Source: an uncultured Chloroflexia bacterium
Lineage (GTDB): Bacteria > Chloroflexota > Chloroflexia > Thermomicrobiales > UBA6265
DNA length: 64,000 nt
Assembly: GCA_963724295.1 (NCBI GenBank)
Contig: CAVRUC010000007.1
Span: 224,001 to 288,000 of the forward strand
Direction of reading: 5' to 3'
Under the pieces are notes generated by a model. The model did not search any database. It had not been told where the DNA came from and worked only from the letters and a program-made list of their open reading frames with translations. Of the stretch, positions 8,847-18,822 are shown one piece after another (positions within the stretch are counted from its first letter, which is position 1; each line of letters opens with the position of its first letter). Both the position numbers and the translations under genes were made by a program.

Positions 8847-9611
8847 GTGCAACGAGCGATCGGAAGGCCGCCCCGCCACCACGGTCAATTCGTTGGCTGG
8901 GATGCCTCAAGCAAACCAATGCATCTCAGTGCGAGCGTGCGGGCTCGAGTCCAAAAATGGAGGTTCACGGTGCTACGGTCCTGCGAGCGTAAACTGAGCG
9001 TCCCCGTCCTGGCGCTACTGATTTGTCTCGCGACACCCGGTTCCACGCTTGCTCAGACGGCGACACCCGCGGCTTACCCCGTTGCACCCGATCCAAGCGA
9101 GTGCATAGCCGAGCCCGCTTCACCCGAAGAGATTGTCACGTTCCTGGTGACCCCAGTTGCTGAACCCGATGGCAGCCCGGTGCCGTTCGTACGACCGCCG
9201 GGTGAGCCAGCCGACGCGCAGACATCTGCAGAGGTGATTGCGACCCTACGCCAGGTCTTTGCGTGCGCCAATGCCGGCGATGCGTTGCGAGTCGCAAGCT
9301 TCTACACCGACGAGTTCGTGCGCTACTTTTTCGGCGGCGTCCCTGCCGAGGCCTTGCTGGAGTTTCTGGCCATCCCCCCTCAGCCGCTACCGGAGGATCA
9401 GAAGCGAATCATCATCCGCTTCGGGGAGGTCCAGCTTCTACCAGACGGCCGGGCTGGAGTCGTTATCGTGCTCGACGAACCGGAAGACCCGCGCACCGAA
9501 GAGCCGGACTACGCCATCCTCGAGCGAGTTGAGGGCCGCTGGCTAGTGGATGAGCTCCACGAAGACGCCGGCGTGGAAGGCACTCCAGCGACCGGAACGC
9601 CGTCGGCATAA
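8847..9611 (+). CDS. Hypothetical exported protein (signal peptide; true start probably ~8970)
   Basis: VPVLALLICLATPGSTLAQ signal-like segment; ATP/GTP-rich termini; C-terminal VEGRWLVDE (NTF2-like end). Confidence 0.7.
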   Translation: MQRAIGRPPRHHGQFVGWDASSKPMHLSASVRARVQKWRFTVLRSCERKLSVPVLALLICLATPGSTLAQTATPAAYPVAPDPSECIAEPASPEEIVTFLVTPVAEPDGSPVPFVRPPGEPADAQTSAEVIATLRQVFACANAGDALRVASFYTDEFVRYFFGGVPAEALLEFLAIPPQPLPEDQKRIIIRFGEVQLLPDGRAGVVIVLDEPEDPRTEEPDYAILERVEGRWLVDELHEDAGVEGTPATGTPSA

Positions 9612-9687
9612 GGCCGTAAGACGAGGAAAGTCTTCGTCCCGACCCGGAACGGAATCTTGCCAAGCAGAACACGAAGGAGCTTTTCCA

Positions 9688-10161
9688 ATGTCAGACGACC
9701 ATAGCCCCGGGGATCGGCGCCAACCCTATTCGGACCGAGGCGGACCCGAGGGACGACACGCGGAAACCCATGACGTTCGGCGTGAAGAGCTGACGAACCC
9801 TGTAGGCCCCCAAGCGGATGACCCGAGTTTCGCCGAACAACTTGCTCCCAGAGAGACTTCACCAGGTGGAGGCCACGTCACGGAGAGTGCCCCAGCAGTC
9901 GACGACAAGATGCTCCACTTAAGGCTCCCTGAGCTCTCGAGCGATGAGCTGTCACGGCTCCAGGTCCTCGAACCCGGCACGCGGCTGGAGCAGGGCGGCA
10001 CCTACGTTGACCTCAACCGCCTTGGCGAGGGTCCGTTCAAGGCTCTGGGTGGCCACGAAGCGAGCGAAAAAAACCGCTACATCGCCAAACGCGATACCGA
10101 TTACGAGCTCTGGAACCGTCTCGTCGGCGAGCACGCCGATCCGGACGTCGAGCGCCCGTGA
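9688..10161 (+). CDS. Hypothetical protein
   Basis: AAGGAG SD before ATG 9688; globular-looking C-terminal half (LEPGTRLEQGGTYVDL...DYELWNRL). Confidence 0.7.
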   Translation: MSDDHSPGDRRQPYSDRGGPEGRHAETHDVRREELTNPVGPQADDPSFAEQLAPRETSPGGGHVTESAPAVDDKMLHLRLPELSSDELSRLQVLEPGTRLEQGGTYVDLNRLGEGPFKALGGHEASEKNRYIAKRDTDYELWNRLVGEHADPDVERP

Positions 10162-10367
10162 CGAAGGTCGCTTGGCCGACAGTGCCACAGCGCGCAGGGG
10201 TCTTTGGGAAGAGAAAGTCTGGTTCGAAGGACTTCGCCCAATTGCATGGGCTCAGGAACGACCGTGCAAATCCGTACTCGGGGTGTACGGCGACTCTCGA
10301 TTACGGCGATGGCCTGATACCCTAACTCCCTGCGGTTCGGACGGCGGCAGGACAGGAGCGCTACGCG

Positions 10368-11819
10368 ATGGCCCGGCGGCGGATCGATGCCTCGCACGTA
10401 ATCGCATTTCAGAATGGCGGGCACCGCCATCTACGGGATGGTGTGGTCGTTACCGACGGCAGCGAGATCATTCACGTCGGTCCTCAGGCGAGCTGGAACC
10501 AGCCTGTCGATGAGACGATCGACGCTCGCGGCATGGTGGTGACGCCCGGCTTCATCAACACCCACACCCATCTCTACGAATCGCCGCTGGACAAGAGCTT
10601 CGTCGAGGATATGGGCCGACGACAGTTCTATTTGTCAGGATTGTTCGAGTACCTGCCTGTGCGCTCGATGGCGATGGATGAAGAGGCCCCGCGCGCCTGC
10701 CTCGCTTACTCCATGGCCGAGCTGCTGCGCACCGGAACGACGACCGTCATGGAGATTGGCTCCTATGGTGAGGAGGCAGTGCGCCAGGCCGGCCGGGTCG
10801 GTATGCGCCTTTACATGGGGCTCGGCTACCGCTCGGGGCGCTGGTACACCGACGACGGCAAGGAGGTCAAGTACGCCTGGGATGAGGAGGCGGGATTGCG
10901 TGCTATGGACCGCGCTGTCCGCTTCATCGAGGAGCATGACGGCGCTCAGAACGGTCGCATCAAGGGGTTTCTTTCCCCGTCGCAAGTCGACACCTGCACT
11001 GAAGACCTGCTCCGCCGCTCGCGCCAGGCGGCGAGCAGCATGAGGGTGCCAATGGCGCTGCACACGTCGCAATCGGTCAACGAGTTCCTGGAGATGACTC
11101 GCCGCCACGGCATGACTCCCATCGAGTGGCTGCGCGACATCGGCTTTCTCGGCCCTGACGTCATCCTCGGCCACGCCATCATCGTGGCGCCTGGTTCCTG
11201 GACGAACTGGGCGGGGGATGACGTCGGCATTCTGGCCGACACTGGCACCAACGTCGCCCATGCCGTCTGGGTCTTCGCCCGCCGGGGCATTGCCATGGAG
11301 AGTTTCGCCCGCTACCTGGCGCGCGGCGTGAATATGACGCTCGGTACCGACACGAGCCCTCAAAGCATGATCGAAGCTCTCAGATACACCGCGGTCGTTG
11401 GCAAGATCGTCGACCGGCAAACCGAGGTCGCCACCGCAGCCGACGTGTTCAATGCCGCAACCCTGGCTGGGGCGAAGGCGCTCGGCCGCGATGATCTCGG
11501 GCGTATCGCGGCGGGTGCAAAAGCCGATCTCCTCCTCTGGAGGGGAGACTCTATCTTCATGACGCCGCTACGCGACCCCATCCGCAATATCGTCTACTCG
11601 GCGGCTGCGGAAGATCTCGACACGGTACTGATCGACGGCGAGGTGCGCATGCGCGGGCGAGAGATCCCCGGCGTCGACATCGCCGCCCTCACCCGGGACC
11701 TCCAGGCCGCGGGCGAGCGCATGTGGGCCAACGTCAATCGCGGCGATTGGGCAGGACGGTCAGTCGACGAGCTCGCGCCGCAGACCTTTCCTCTGTATGA
11801 CGCAACCCGGGCTCGATGA
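10368..11819 (+). CDS. Metal-dependent amidohydrolase (chlorohydrolase/nucleoside deaminase-like)
   Basis: PGFINTHTH, ALHTSQS, LGHA, LGTD, GAKADL motifs. Confidence 0.9.
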   Translation: MARRRIDASHVIAFQNGGHRHLRDGVVVTDGSEIIHVGPQASWNQPVDETIDARGMVVTPGFINTHTHLYESPLDKSFVEDMGRRQFYLSGLFEYLPVRSMAMDEEAPRACLAYSMAELLRTGTTTVMEIGSYGEEAVRQAGRVGMRLYMGLGYRSGRWYTDDGKEVKYAWDEEAGLRAMDRAVRFIEEHDGAQNGRIKGFLSPSQVDTCTEDLLRRSRQAASSMRVPMALHTSQSVNEFLEMTRRHGMTPIEWLRDIGFLGPDVILGHAIIVAPGSWTNWAGDDVGILADTGTNVAHAVWVFARRGIAMESFARYLARGVNMTLGTDTSPQSMIEALRYTAVVGKIVDRQTEVATAADVFNAATLAGAKALGRDDLGRIAAGAKADLLLWRGDSIFMTPLRDPIRNIVYSAAAEDLDTVLIDGEVRMRGREIPGVDIAALTRDLQAAGERMWANVNRGDWAGRSVDELAPQTFPLYDATRAR

Positions 11820-11889
11820 CTGGTAAGCCTCACCTTGCTGCAGACTTGCTTTCCTGAGTGCGGGTCGAGATACCAGTCGTCAGTGTTTT

Positions 11890-12573
11890 CTACGTGTGAC
11901 CTTCGTCGCCCGGAACGCCGTAGCTAGGAGCCGCGGCGGGATCGAGGGCTCGGAGGCGATACGCGTCGGCCTGTGGACGCCAGAGGCGCCAGAGCGCGTT
12001 CAATTCAGCTACTGGTTCCGCTAACCAGTCGACTCGGAGATCGGTCACCGGCCAGGGAACGTCGCTAACTACGAGAAGTCCCGCGGAGTGCACCGGCCCT
12101 GCCTCGCCGCCTGCCCGCAGCCCCTCGCTCAGTGCGGCGATGAGGCGATCGCCGAGCTCTTCGTCGGGAATAGCGGTGAAACTGCCGACCATCGCGACTG
12201 GGACATTGCTGTCAGCCAGAAGATTGCCTGCCGCAACGCAATCACGACCTTCTGCGGTGGCATACAGCCCCAGGGTGTGGTCTCCAGACCAGGCCGCAGT
12301 GACGCCATTTTGGTCGATCGCGGTCAGTTGTCGCCAGCCAATCAGCGGCTCTGTACGGACGATCGAAGCCATCGCTTCAGGTGCGGACTCGCCGTTGGCC
12401 ATGGAATCCAAGAGGACCGTACCAAGTCTCGGGTCTGTAATGTTCTGGGTGCAGGCAGCCCCGACACCAGCGCGCGCCCACGCACAGCGGGCCGCCACGG
12501 CTGGCGATGACGACGAGATGGCAACCCCGAACTGTCCGCTTCGCGCGCAGCGCCCGGCGATGGAAAGTGTCAC
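11890..12573 (-). CDS. DUF1028 family protein (Ntn-hydrolase-like)
   Basis: N-terminal MTLSIAGRC...FGVAISSSSPAVAARC, AAGNLL, AGGEAGPVHSAGL, DLRVDW. Confidence 0.85.
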   Translation of the reverse strand: MTLSIAGRCARSGQFGVAISSSSPAVAARCAWARAGVGAACTQNITDPRLGTVLLDSMANGESAPEAMASIVRTEPLIGWRQLTAIDQNGVTAAWSGDHTLGLYATAEGRDCVAAGNLLADSNVPVAMVGSFTAIPDEELGDRLIAALSEGLRAGGEAGPVHSAGLLVVSDVPWPVTDLRVDWLAEPVAELNALWRLWRPQADAYRLRALDPAAAPSYGVPGDEGHT

Positions 12574-13007
12574 GATGTGTCCTTGGCCGAGCGGACCTCA
12601 GGAATCACCGCGGTGGCGTCTATCTCGACAACCCATTCCGGGCGTGCCAATGCAGAAACGACTACGCCGGTCGAGACAGGGAAGACGCCCTTGAGCCACC
12701 GTCCCATCACCTGATAGACGGGATCGCGGTAGCGGATGTCAGTCAGGTAGACGACGATCTTGACGATGTCTTCGAGCGCTGACCCTGACTCCTCGAGCAG
12801 CATGGCGATATTCGCCATCGCCCGCTCAGTCTGCGCCGCGACGTCGCCGACACCGACCGATTCCCGCGTCTCCAGATCTTGTCCGATCTGGCCGCGGAGG
12901 TAAACCGTGCTTCCGGCCACCACTGCCTGGCAGAGATCGTTGTCCAGATTTTGCTCGGGGTACGTTTCACGGGTGTTGAACGGCCGGATGCGGCGGTGAG
13001 TGGTCAT
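12570..13007 (-). CDS. RidA/YjgF family protein
   Basis: VYLRGQIG, DIVKIVVYL, FPVSTGVVVSALARPEWVVEIDATAV. Confidence 0.9.
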   Translation of the reverse strand: MTTHRRIRPFNTRETYPEQNLDNDLCQAVVAGSTVYLRGQIGQDLETRESVGVGDVAAQTERAMANIAMLLEESGSALEDIVKIVVYLTDIRYRDPVYQVMGRWLKGVFPVSTGVVVSALARPEWVVEIDATAVIPEVRSAKDTS

Positions 13008-14587
13008 GGAGCGACGTCACTGTGTGAAGACCCTTTCTGCGGGCCAGCTTGCTGAGGCGCAGTAGCGGAGAGCGAATTGGGGATATCTGCTGACTTCCCG
13101 TTCGGGTTTGCCCCGTTCCCGCCTCCAACCGAGCGCGTCCCTGCCACTCGAGTTGACAGCCCCGCTGACTCGCGCACGATGCGCATCGGCTCCGCAAAGT
13201 CGAAGTTGCGGTAAACCGCCAGGAGGTGCGCGAACGGTGGAGATTGCGCGAAGAGCTGGAAGGTTAGCCGATGGCCCGCGTAGTCCGAGTTGAGAAGATC
13301 GCGCGCGTAAGCAAGAAGCTTTCGTCGGTCCTCCGCCTGCCAGTCCTCGTTGATCGTGTAGAACTTGTCGAGCCACGGTGCGGTTTCAGGATTGGAGAAG
13401 CTGGCGAAGTCAGGGGTGACGCAAATCTGACCTCCGCAGAGATCGCGGGTGATGTGCATCATGTCCGCCAGCCCGGAGCAGGCATGGACGCGTCCCGCAT
13501 AGAGCAGGCTCTGGTTCGGCATCACGAGACCGCCAGGACTTTCCTCGGCTTCGTATACCGCCGCGGTGAGGAAGGCATTGATGCCCTCCCGGTAGACCGC
13601 TAGCGTTGCCAACTTCTCCTGGACAGCCTGCTGCTTCTCCAGACCCGTTTGCCGCGCGTTGTACATGGCCGTGCCGAGCATCATGTCGGCGTAGCGCAGA
13701 ATGCGCTGCACGAAGGCGAACGCGCTGTAACGGTGGAGGGTGGCGCGGATGTACGAGGCGGCGCGCGTGTGCCGGTAAAACAGCACATCCTCCCAGGGAA
13801 TGTGAACGTTGTCGAAGATGATCAGCGTGTCGACTTCGTCGAAGCGGTTCGAGAGGGGGTAGTCCTCTCGAGAACCGCGCCCCGCGAAGCCGGTGCGACA
13901 GATGTGCTTCATGCCAGGCGCGCCCATGTGAGCGATGAAGCCTACGGCGTAGTCCGACAGCTCGCTGTTGCCCCAGTTGGCGATGGTCGGTTTGACGAAG
14001 GCTTGGTTTGCATAGGCCGCCGCCGTCTCAAACTTCGCGCCTTTGACGACGAGCCCGGCGTCGGTCTCCTTGACGACGTGGAGGAGCATGTCAGGGTCCT
14101 GATCCTGGGGGCGCTTGGAGCGATCCCCCTTTGGATCGGTGTTGGCCGACACATGGAACGGATCGCGCTTGGCCGCGAAATCGACGTGTCGGCGGATGTT
14201 CTCGGAAAATGTGGGATCGATCTCATTGAGGACGTCCTGGCCGTCGTACAGTGACCACATCTCGCCGATCGTCTCGTCACCCACGCGGGTGACAACTCCC
14301 CCGATGTTATCCATGACCGCGTCTACAGCACGGCGCTTCGCTTGCCAGTCTTCGCGGCTGCGCGGTAACTGGAGTCCAACGGCGAAGCGGTCTCCAGTAA
14401 GCGGGTCCGCCGTCGTCATGACGTCGCGGGTCGCATCCTCGTGCGCCATGTCGTAGATGCGCGCGCGTATATCGACGAGCGGCTTGAACATGGGATGGGT
14501 GGTCACGTCAGCGACGCGCTGCCCATTCACCCAGACATCCCGATCGTCGCGAATGGACTCTCGGTATTCATCTCCATTCCTGATCAT
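13004..14587 (-). CDS. 4-hydroxyphenylacetate 3-hydroxylase family flavin monooxygenase, oxygenase component
   Basis: YRESIRDDRDVWVNGQRVADVTTHP, DPKGDRS, GLVVKGAK, YPLSNRFDEVD, FDNVHIPWEDV. Confidence 0.9.
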   Translation of the reverse strand: MIRNGDEYRESIRDDRDVWVNGQRVADVTTHPMFKPLVDIRARIYDMAHEDATRDVMTTADPLTGDRFAVGLQLPRSREDWQAKRRAVDAVMDNIGGVVTRVGDETIGEMWSLYDGQDVLNEIDPTFSENIRRHVDFAAKRDPFHVSANTDPKGDRSKRPQDQDPDMLLHVVKETDAGLVVKGAKFETAAAYANQAFVKPTIANWGNSELSDYAVGFIAHMGAPGMKHICRTGFAGRGSREDYPLSNRFDEVDTLIIFDNVHIPWEDVLFYRHTRAASYIRATLHRYSAFAFVQRILRYADMMLGTAMYNARQTGLEKQQAVQEKLATLAVYREGINAFLTAAVYEAEESPGGLVMPNQSLLYAGRVHACSGLADMMHITRDLCGGQICVTPDFASFSNPETAPWLDKFYTINEDWQAEDRRKLLAYARDLLNSDYAGHRLTFQLFAQSPPFAHLLAVYRNFDFAEPMRIVRESAGLSTRVAGTRSVGGGNGANPNGKSADIPNSLSATAPQQAGPQKGSSHSDVAP

Positions 14588-15137
14588 TGACGTCCCTCGT
14601 GGCAATGGCGTCGTCCATCACAAAGAAGTGCCAGGTGCTGTGCCGGTTCAGTTGCGGTGGTTATCAATCGGCGCTCAGACCAAAGTTCGATACGTTGACA
14701 TTCGACCCTCGCCGTGGCCTGATGACCTCGCTGGCACGAGTGTAATCGAGTCCGGCGTGGGGACCCCCTTTGCCGCCAGACCCGCTGCCCATCTCAGGAC
14801 TCGACTGTCGCGCCTGACCCGAATCTGGGGCCGGACAAGGAGCGCAAAACCGCGGTCTGCCAATGCTCCATAGACGCAGTATCGAGTCCCCGCCGCGACG
14901 CCGGCGCCAGCGTGATTGAGGCGCTAGACCATCGGAACGTGGGTAGAATTGGCTTGAAGTAGGAGGAATTCCGTCTTCCTCAAAGCAATTCAGTCGGCAG
15001 CAAGATGAGAGTGCATAACAGCATCCGCGAATGCTAGGATTGGATCAACGGCGAGCCAGTTCCCGACACGCCGAAGCCACCGGAGCACGACTTCTAGATC
15101 ACTTGCCCGTGCGCGACCGCGGGCTAGCAGGAAAAGG

Positions 15138-16532
15138 ATGGATCAGGAAAATTCCGGACACACTTCTAGGATTTTCCGAATCGTCAGCGACCCAGTGCAA
15201 CTGCGGGAAATATTGGAGCAACACCTACGGGTTCCAGGCGGCACGCGCTTTGACGTCGTGAACTGCACGCCGGCGTTCACCCGCGGCCGCGGACAGCGCA
15301 ACTTGTTTCAGTACGACGTCACTCTGCGTGACCCCGACGGGCGAGAATGGAATGAAGTCGTAAGCGGCGTCAACTTTGTCGCCGAGCGGACGCAAATTAT
15401 GTGGGAAAGGCTGAAGCTCTCCAACCTGAGTGATAGGCGTGAGTCAAATATTCGCCAAGTTGCTTACATTCCGGACCTCGACCTTATCCTGCAGGTCTTC
15501 CCCTTCGATTTTGAGCTGCTCGCCCTGGGGCGACTCATGGAGGGCGCATTACCCGGGCTTCGTGCTCCCATCATGGACCGATTCGGCCCTGGCGAGTGGC
15601 GACTGGATGACTGGAAATCCGAGCCCGTTCGCTATCGGGTCAACCTTCGCGCCACGATCAAGCTCACCATCCGCGCAAGCGAGTCCCGTTCTGGCCGTGC
15701 GGCGGAGAGACGCTTCTTCGCAAAGGTCTACGCCGACGCGGAGCGAGTGGAGCGAGCTTGGACTGTTCAGCAGGACCTTGCGGTTGCCTTGCGGGCGGCG
15801 CGTGAACCAATCGGACTCGCACCGTTAGTGGTCTACGTTCCAGATGCTCGGGTCCTTGTCCAGGACGAAGTCGTGGCACCGAGCTTTCCAGAAATACTTA
15901 AGACTGGTGACCATGAAGATGTAGTCGGGGCGGTCCGCCGCGCGGCGCGAGCAATCGCGGCTCTCCATTGCCTCTCTTTCGTCGTGCCCGACCGTCGGAT
16001 CGAGATCGGTCGCATCGACCCGAAACGGCTGCGTCGTTCGACCGAGAAATTGCGACAATCCTGTCCAGAGCTCGCCACTCTGGTAACCGACATCGAGGCG
16101 AACATTCTCGCGTCGCTAGCTGCCTTGGACGGGCTTCCGACCGTGCCCGTGCACGGCGATCTGAAACTTGCCCACCTCATGTTCGATCAGGATCGCGTCG
16201 TGTTGCTCGACCTGGACAAGTTTGCAGTAGATGAACCAATGTTGGATGTCCTAAGCGTGCTGATGCCACTCCGCGCGGAACGCAAAACCCGCTTGGCTGG
16301 CACCTCCTTAGCTCGTCTGTTCGCTGAAGAGTATTTCGCGCACGTGCCAGCAGCGTGGGAGCGTCGACTCGCTCCCCACTATGCGTGGGCCCTCCTCGAG
16401 GAGGCGGGCTCGATCGCATCGAAACCAGGGAAGAGCCGCGCCCGGTCCAAGATCACCGGCTCACAGCGCCGAGAAGAGCGCGTGGGTAGCCTTGTGGAAG
16501 AAGCAAGGGCTGTGCTGGCAGGTAGAGCCTGA
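15138..16532 (+). CDS. Aminoglycoside phosphotransferase/choline kinase-like protein
   Basis: FFAKVY, VHGDLK, LLDLD motifs; AGGAAAAGG SD. Confidence 0.8.
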   Translation: MDQENSGHTSRIFRIVSDPVQLREILEQHLRVPGGTRFDVVNCTPAFTRGRGQRNLFQYDVTLRDPDGREWNEVVSGVNFVAERTQIMWERLKLSNLSDRRESNIRQVAYIPDLDLILQVFPFDFELLALGRLMEGALPGLRAPIMDRFGPGEWRLDDWKSEPVRYRVNLRATIKLTIRASESRSGRAAERRFFAKVYADAERVERAWTVQQDLAVALRAAREPIGLAPLVVYVPDARVLVQDEVVAPSFPEILKTGDHEDVVGAVRRAARAIAALHCLSFVVPDRRIEIGRIDPKRLRRSTEKLRQSCPELATLVTDIEANILASLAALDGLPTVPVHGDLKLAHLMFDQDRVVLLDLDKFAVDEPMLDVLSVLMPLRAERKTRLAGTSLARLFAEEYFAHVPAAWERRLAPHYAWALLEEAGSIASKPGKSRARSKITGSQRREERVGSLVEEARAVLAGRA

Positions 16533-17013
16533 CGGCGGATCCTCCTTTGCACCTTAGCTGACAGAGTGATGATCCGTTTGCGCCAGTTAGGCAGCGGATT
16601 CGAACCGTTGTGGCACGGACAGAAAACGCTCGGAGAGGCGCCCCGTATGGGCGCATAGCGGCGGAAGAATCAAGACGCTTCGGCTCAAACCGAGCGCACC
16701 GCTTACCTCTGCCTTCCGGCACCATCCCGCTTGAGGATTGAGCGGCGCTCGCGGCGAGCGGAGCGGCGAGCCGAAAGGAGCAAGTGAGATAAGCGCCCGC
16801 TCGCTGGTCGAGCGGTCGGGTCTCTTGCGCTGTCTGGCGTCACGATGTGCCAGCGCGTCCGGACCGAGCAGACACCGATGATGCAGCGGTTCATCTTGGG
16901 AGACGCGAACTAAAGTCCCATCGCAACCTCGACTGTGAGATTACCTATAGCCAACGGTGACGAGAACGGCCAGCCCAATTGGCCCGGGCAAACTCAGGTC
17001 GAGCGTGGCGAGT

Positions 17014-17619
17014 CTATGGCGCGGGGGCGGGTGGAGCCGAAGCCAGCCCAATGGTGAGGCCGTCAACTGACACGTCCGGCAACGGCGCGATCCCGGCGGC
17101 GTCGACGCGTCGTCGCACCCGGGCGATGACAGTCACTTCACCGGCGCGGTCAAACCGAAGCGTGAGCGGAAACGTTTGTCCTTGCACTAAAGCCGTTCGC
17201 AACCCAATCAGTGCAAGGTGACTTGTTCCCGGCTCGAGAGTTATCGTCTCGTTGGCTGGTATGACAATTCCTTCAGGCGCGCGCGCGTTTACGCGTCGGC
17301 CGTTGACGAGGAAGGCTCGGCGGACCGCCACGGATTTCGCGACCGGCGTGCTACCGCCGAGAAGCCGTTCGTCCATGGCTCCATCGTTCCGAATCGAAAG
17401 CGAGACGGGAACCCCTTCCTGCATCTCCCAGGCCGGTGGCTCGGCTGGCAAAGCCGGTTGCAGTTGGGAGAGCACGCCGGTGCCAGGCGGATTCACCAAT
17501 TGGTGTGATCCCACAGCCGCAATGCCTGCGACAACGAGCAGGCAGACCATGCTGCCGATCACGACGGCAAATGGGACGCCGCTGACTGGCCTAATTCCCT
17601 CACCCGGAGTTGACCGCAC
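17014..17619 (-). CDS. PCu(A)C copper-chaperone-fold membrane protein (metal ligands degenerate); start uncertain
   Basis: [19 protein letters not shown]...[21 protein letters not shown]...[14 protein letters not shown]. Confidence 0.75.
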   Translation of the reverse strand: MRSTPGEGIRPVSGVPFAVVIGSMVCLLVVAGIAAVGSHQLVNPPGTGVLSQLQPALPAEPPAWEMQEGVPVSLSIRNDGAMDERLLGGSTPVAKSVAVRRAFLVNGRRVNARAPEGIVIPANETITLEPGTSHLALIGLRTALVQGQTFPLTLRFDRAGEVTVIARVRRRVDAAGIAPLPDVSVDGLTIGLASAPPAPAP

Positions 17620-18698
17620 GCGGCGTCGATGTCCAACCCGCGCGAGTAGCGGACGGACGTCGCGATACCCGCGTTGCGCAAAATGCCCGCAAAGCGCTCG
17701 ATACCGGCAGGATCGGGTCGCTCATAGGGGAGAAGCTCGACGGGATTGAGCGGGATGATGTTGACGTGACAGAGTCGACCACGGAGTAGCGCTGCTAGCT
17801 CGGTGGCCGTGGTGTCCGCGTCATTGACGCCGCGCATGAGGGCATATTCAAAGGAAACCCGCCGACCGGTTCTCGCGATGTATCGATCAACCGCGGCCAT
17901 CAACGTGGCGATCGGGTAGCGCCGGTTGATAGGGACCAGCCGAGATCGCAACTCGTCATCCGGTGCATGCAAGGAGATCGCCAGGTTGAGTTGCAGCGGC
18001 TCCTCGGCTAGGGCATCTATTTTTGGCACGATACCGGAGGTGGAAACTGTGATGCGCCGAGCGCCGATATCCAAGCCGTGCGGGTCGTGGACGATGTTGA
18101 TGAACTTCATCATCTCCGCGTAGTTCTGGAGCGGCTCGCCCATGCCCATCATCACGATGTTTGTAAGTTCCCGACCTCGCTGTCGCGCCTCGCGGGCAGC
18201 GCCCACAACCTGGGCAACCATCTCCCCGGCGCCGAGGTTTCGCGACAGCCCCATCAGCCCAGTAGCGCAGAACGCGCAGCCGACGGCGCAACCGACCTGG
18301 CTGGAAACGCAGACCGTAGCCCGGTTCGGATAGAGCATCAGGACGGCTTCCAGTACCTGATCGTCGCCCGTCCGATAAAGCGTCTTGATCGTCTCTCCAT
18401 CGTCAGAAGCAACCGCGCGCACAGTTTCGAGCAGCGAAAGTGGAGCTTGGTCCGCGATCGCATCGCGTAGGGCGCCCGGGAGGTTGGCCATCTCTGAGTA
18501 GTCGGCGACGAACTGCCGGTATGCCCAGCCCCAGAGTTGACGGGCGCGGTAGGCTGGAAACCCGAGCTCGAGCACTTGAGTTTCTAACTGATGCAGGCTC
18601 AAATCATAAGCGCCGCGCGGTCGGCCGGCCCGGGGGGAGAGGGCGTGCGAATGAGGTGCGCGTGGGGAAGTAGAAGGCGCAAGCGATGAGTTCATCAT
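17559..18698 (-). CDS. rlmN: Radical-SAM 23S rRNA m2A2503 methyltransferase RlmN
   Basis: [38 protein letters not shown]. Confidence 0.95.
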   Translation of the reverse strand: MMNSSLAPSTSPRAPHSHALSPRAGRPRGAYDLSLHQLETQVLELGFPAYRARQLWGWAYRQFVADYSEMANLPGALRDAIADQAPLSLLETVRAVASDDGETIKTLYRTGDDQVLEAVLMLYPNRATVCVSSQVGCAVGCAFCATGLMGLSRNLGAGEMVAQVVGAAREARQRGRELTNIVMMGMGEPLQNYAEMMKFINIVHDPHGLDIGARRITVSTSGIVPKIDALAEEPLQLNLAISLHAPDDELRSRLVPINRRYPIATLMAAVDRYIARTGRRVSFEYALMRGVNDADTTATELAALLRGRLCHVNIIPLNPVELLPYERPDPAGIERFAGILRNAGIATSVRYSRGLDIDAACGQLRVRELGQSAASHLPS

Positions 18699-18822
18699 GA
18701 GCAAAGCGTAGCACCGCCTCGCCTTCTCAACCGCCCCGGACGTACGGGATTGTGCCGTAAAATGAGGCTCGAACGGTGTGTCCGCTGCCAAGGCCTACCA
18801 TGGCAAGAAAGGACCGAACATC

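Noticed and set aside
8694..8850. ATCAAGAG and CTGATGAG motifs suggesting SAM-I, fluoride riboswitch or hammerhead
   Set aside because: The remaining consensus elements (SAM-I P2/P3 core, hammerhead GAAA) are missing; only a GGGGTTC/GAACCCC stem is evident
9621..9640. GAGGAAAGTC resembling the RNase P RNA 5' motif
   Set aside because: Part of a short hairpin; the next gene starts ~50 nt later and no other RNase P elements are present
14719..14747. CTGATGA-stem-GTAA hammerhead-like string
   Set aside because: Core GAAA is not intact and I could not build stems I and III
16533..17013. Small ORFs between the kinase and the PCuAC-like gene
   Set aside because: No SD, motif or coding-like composition that I can support
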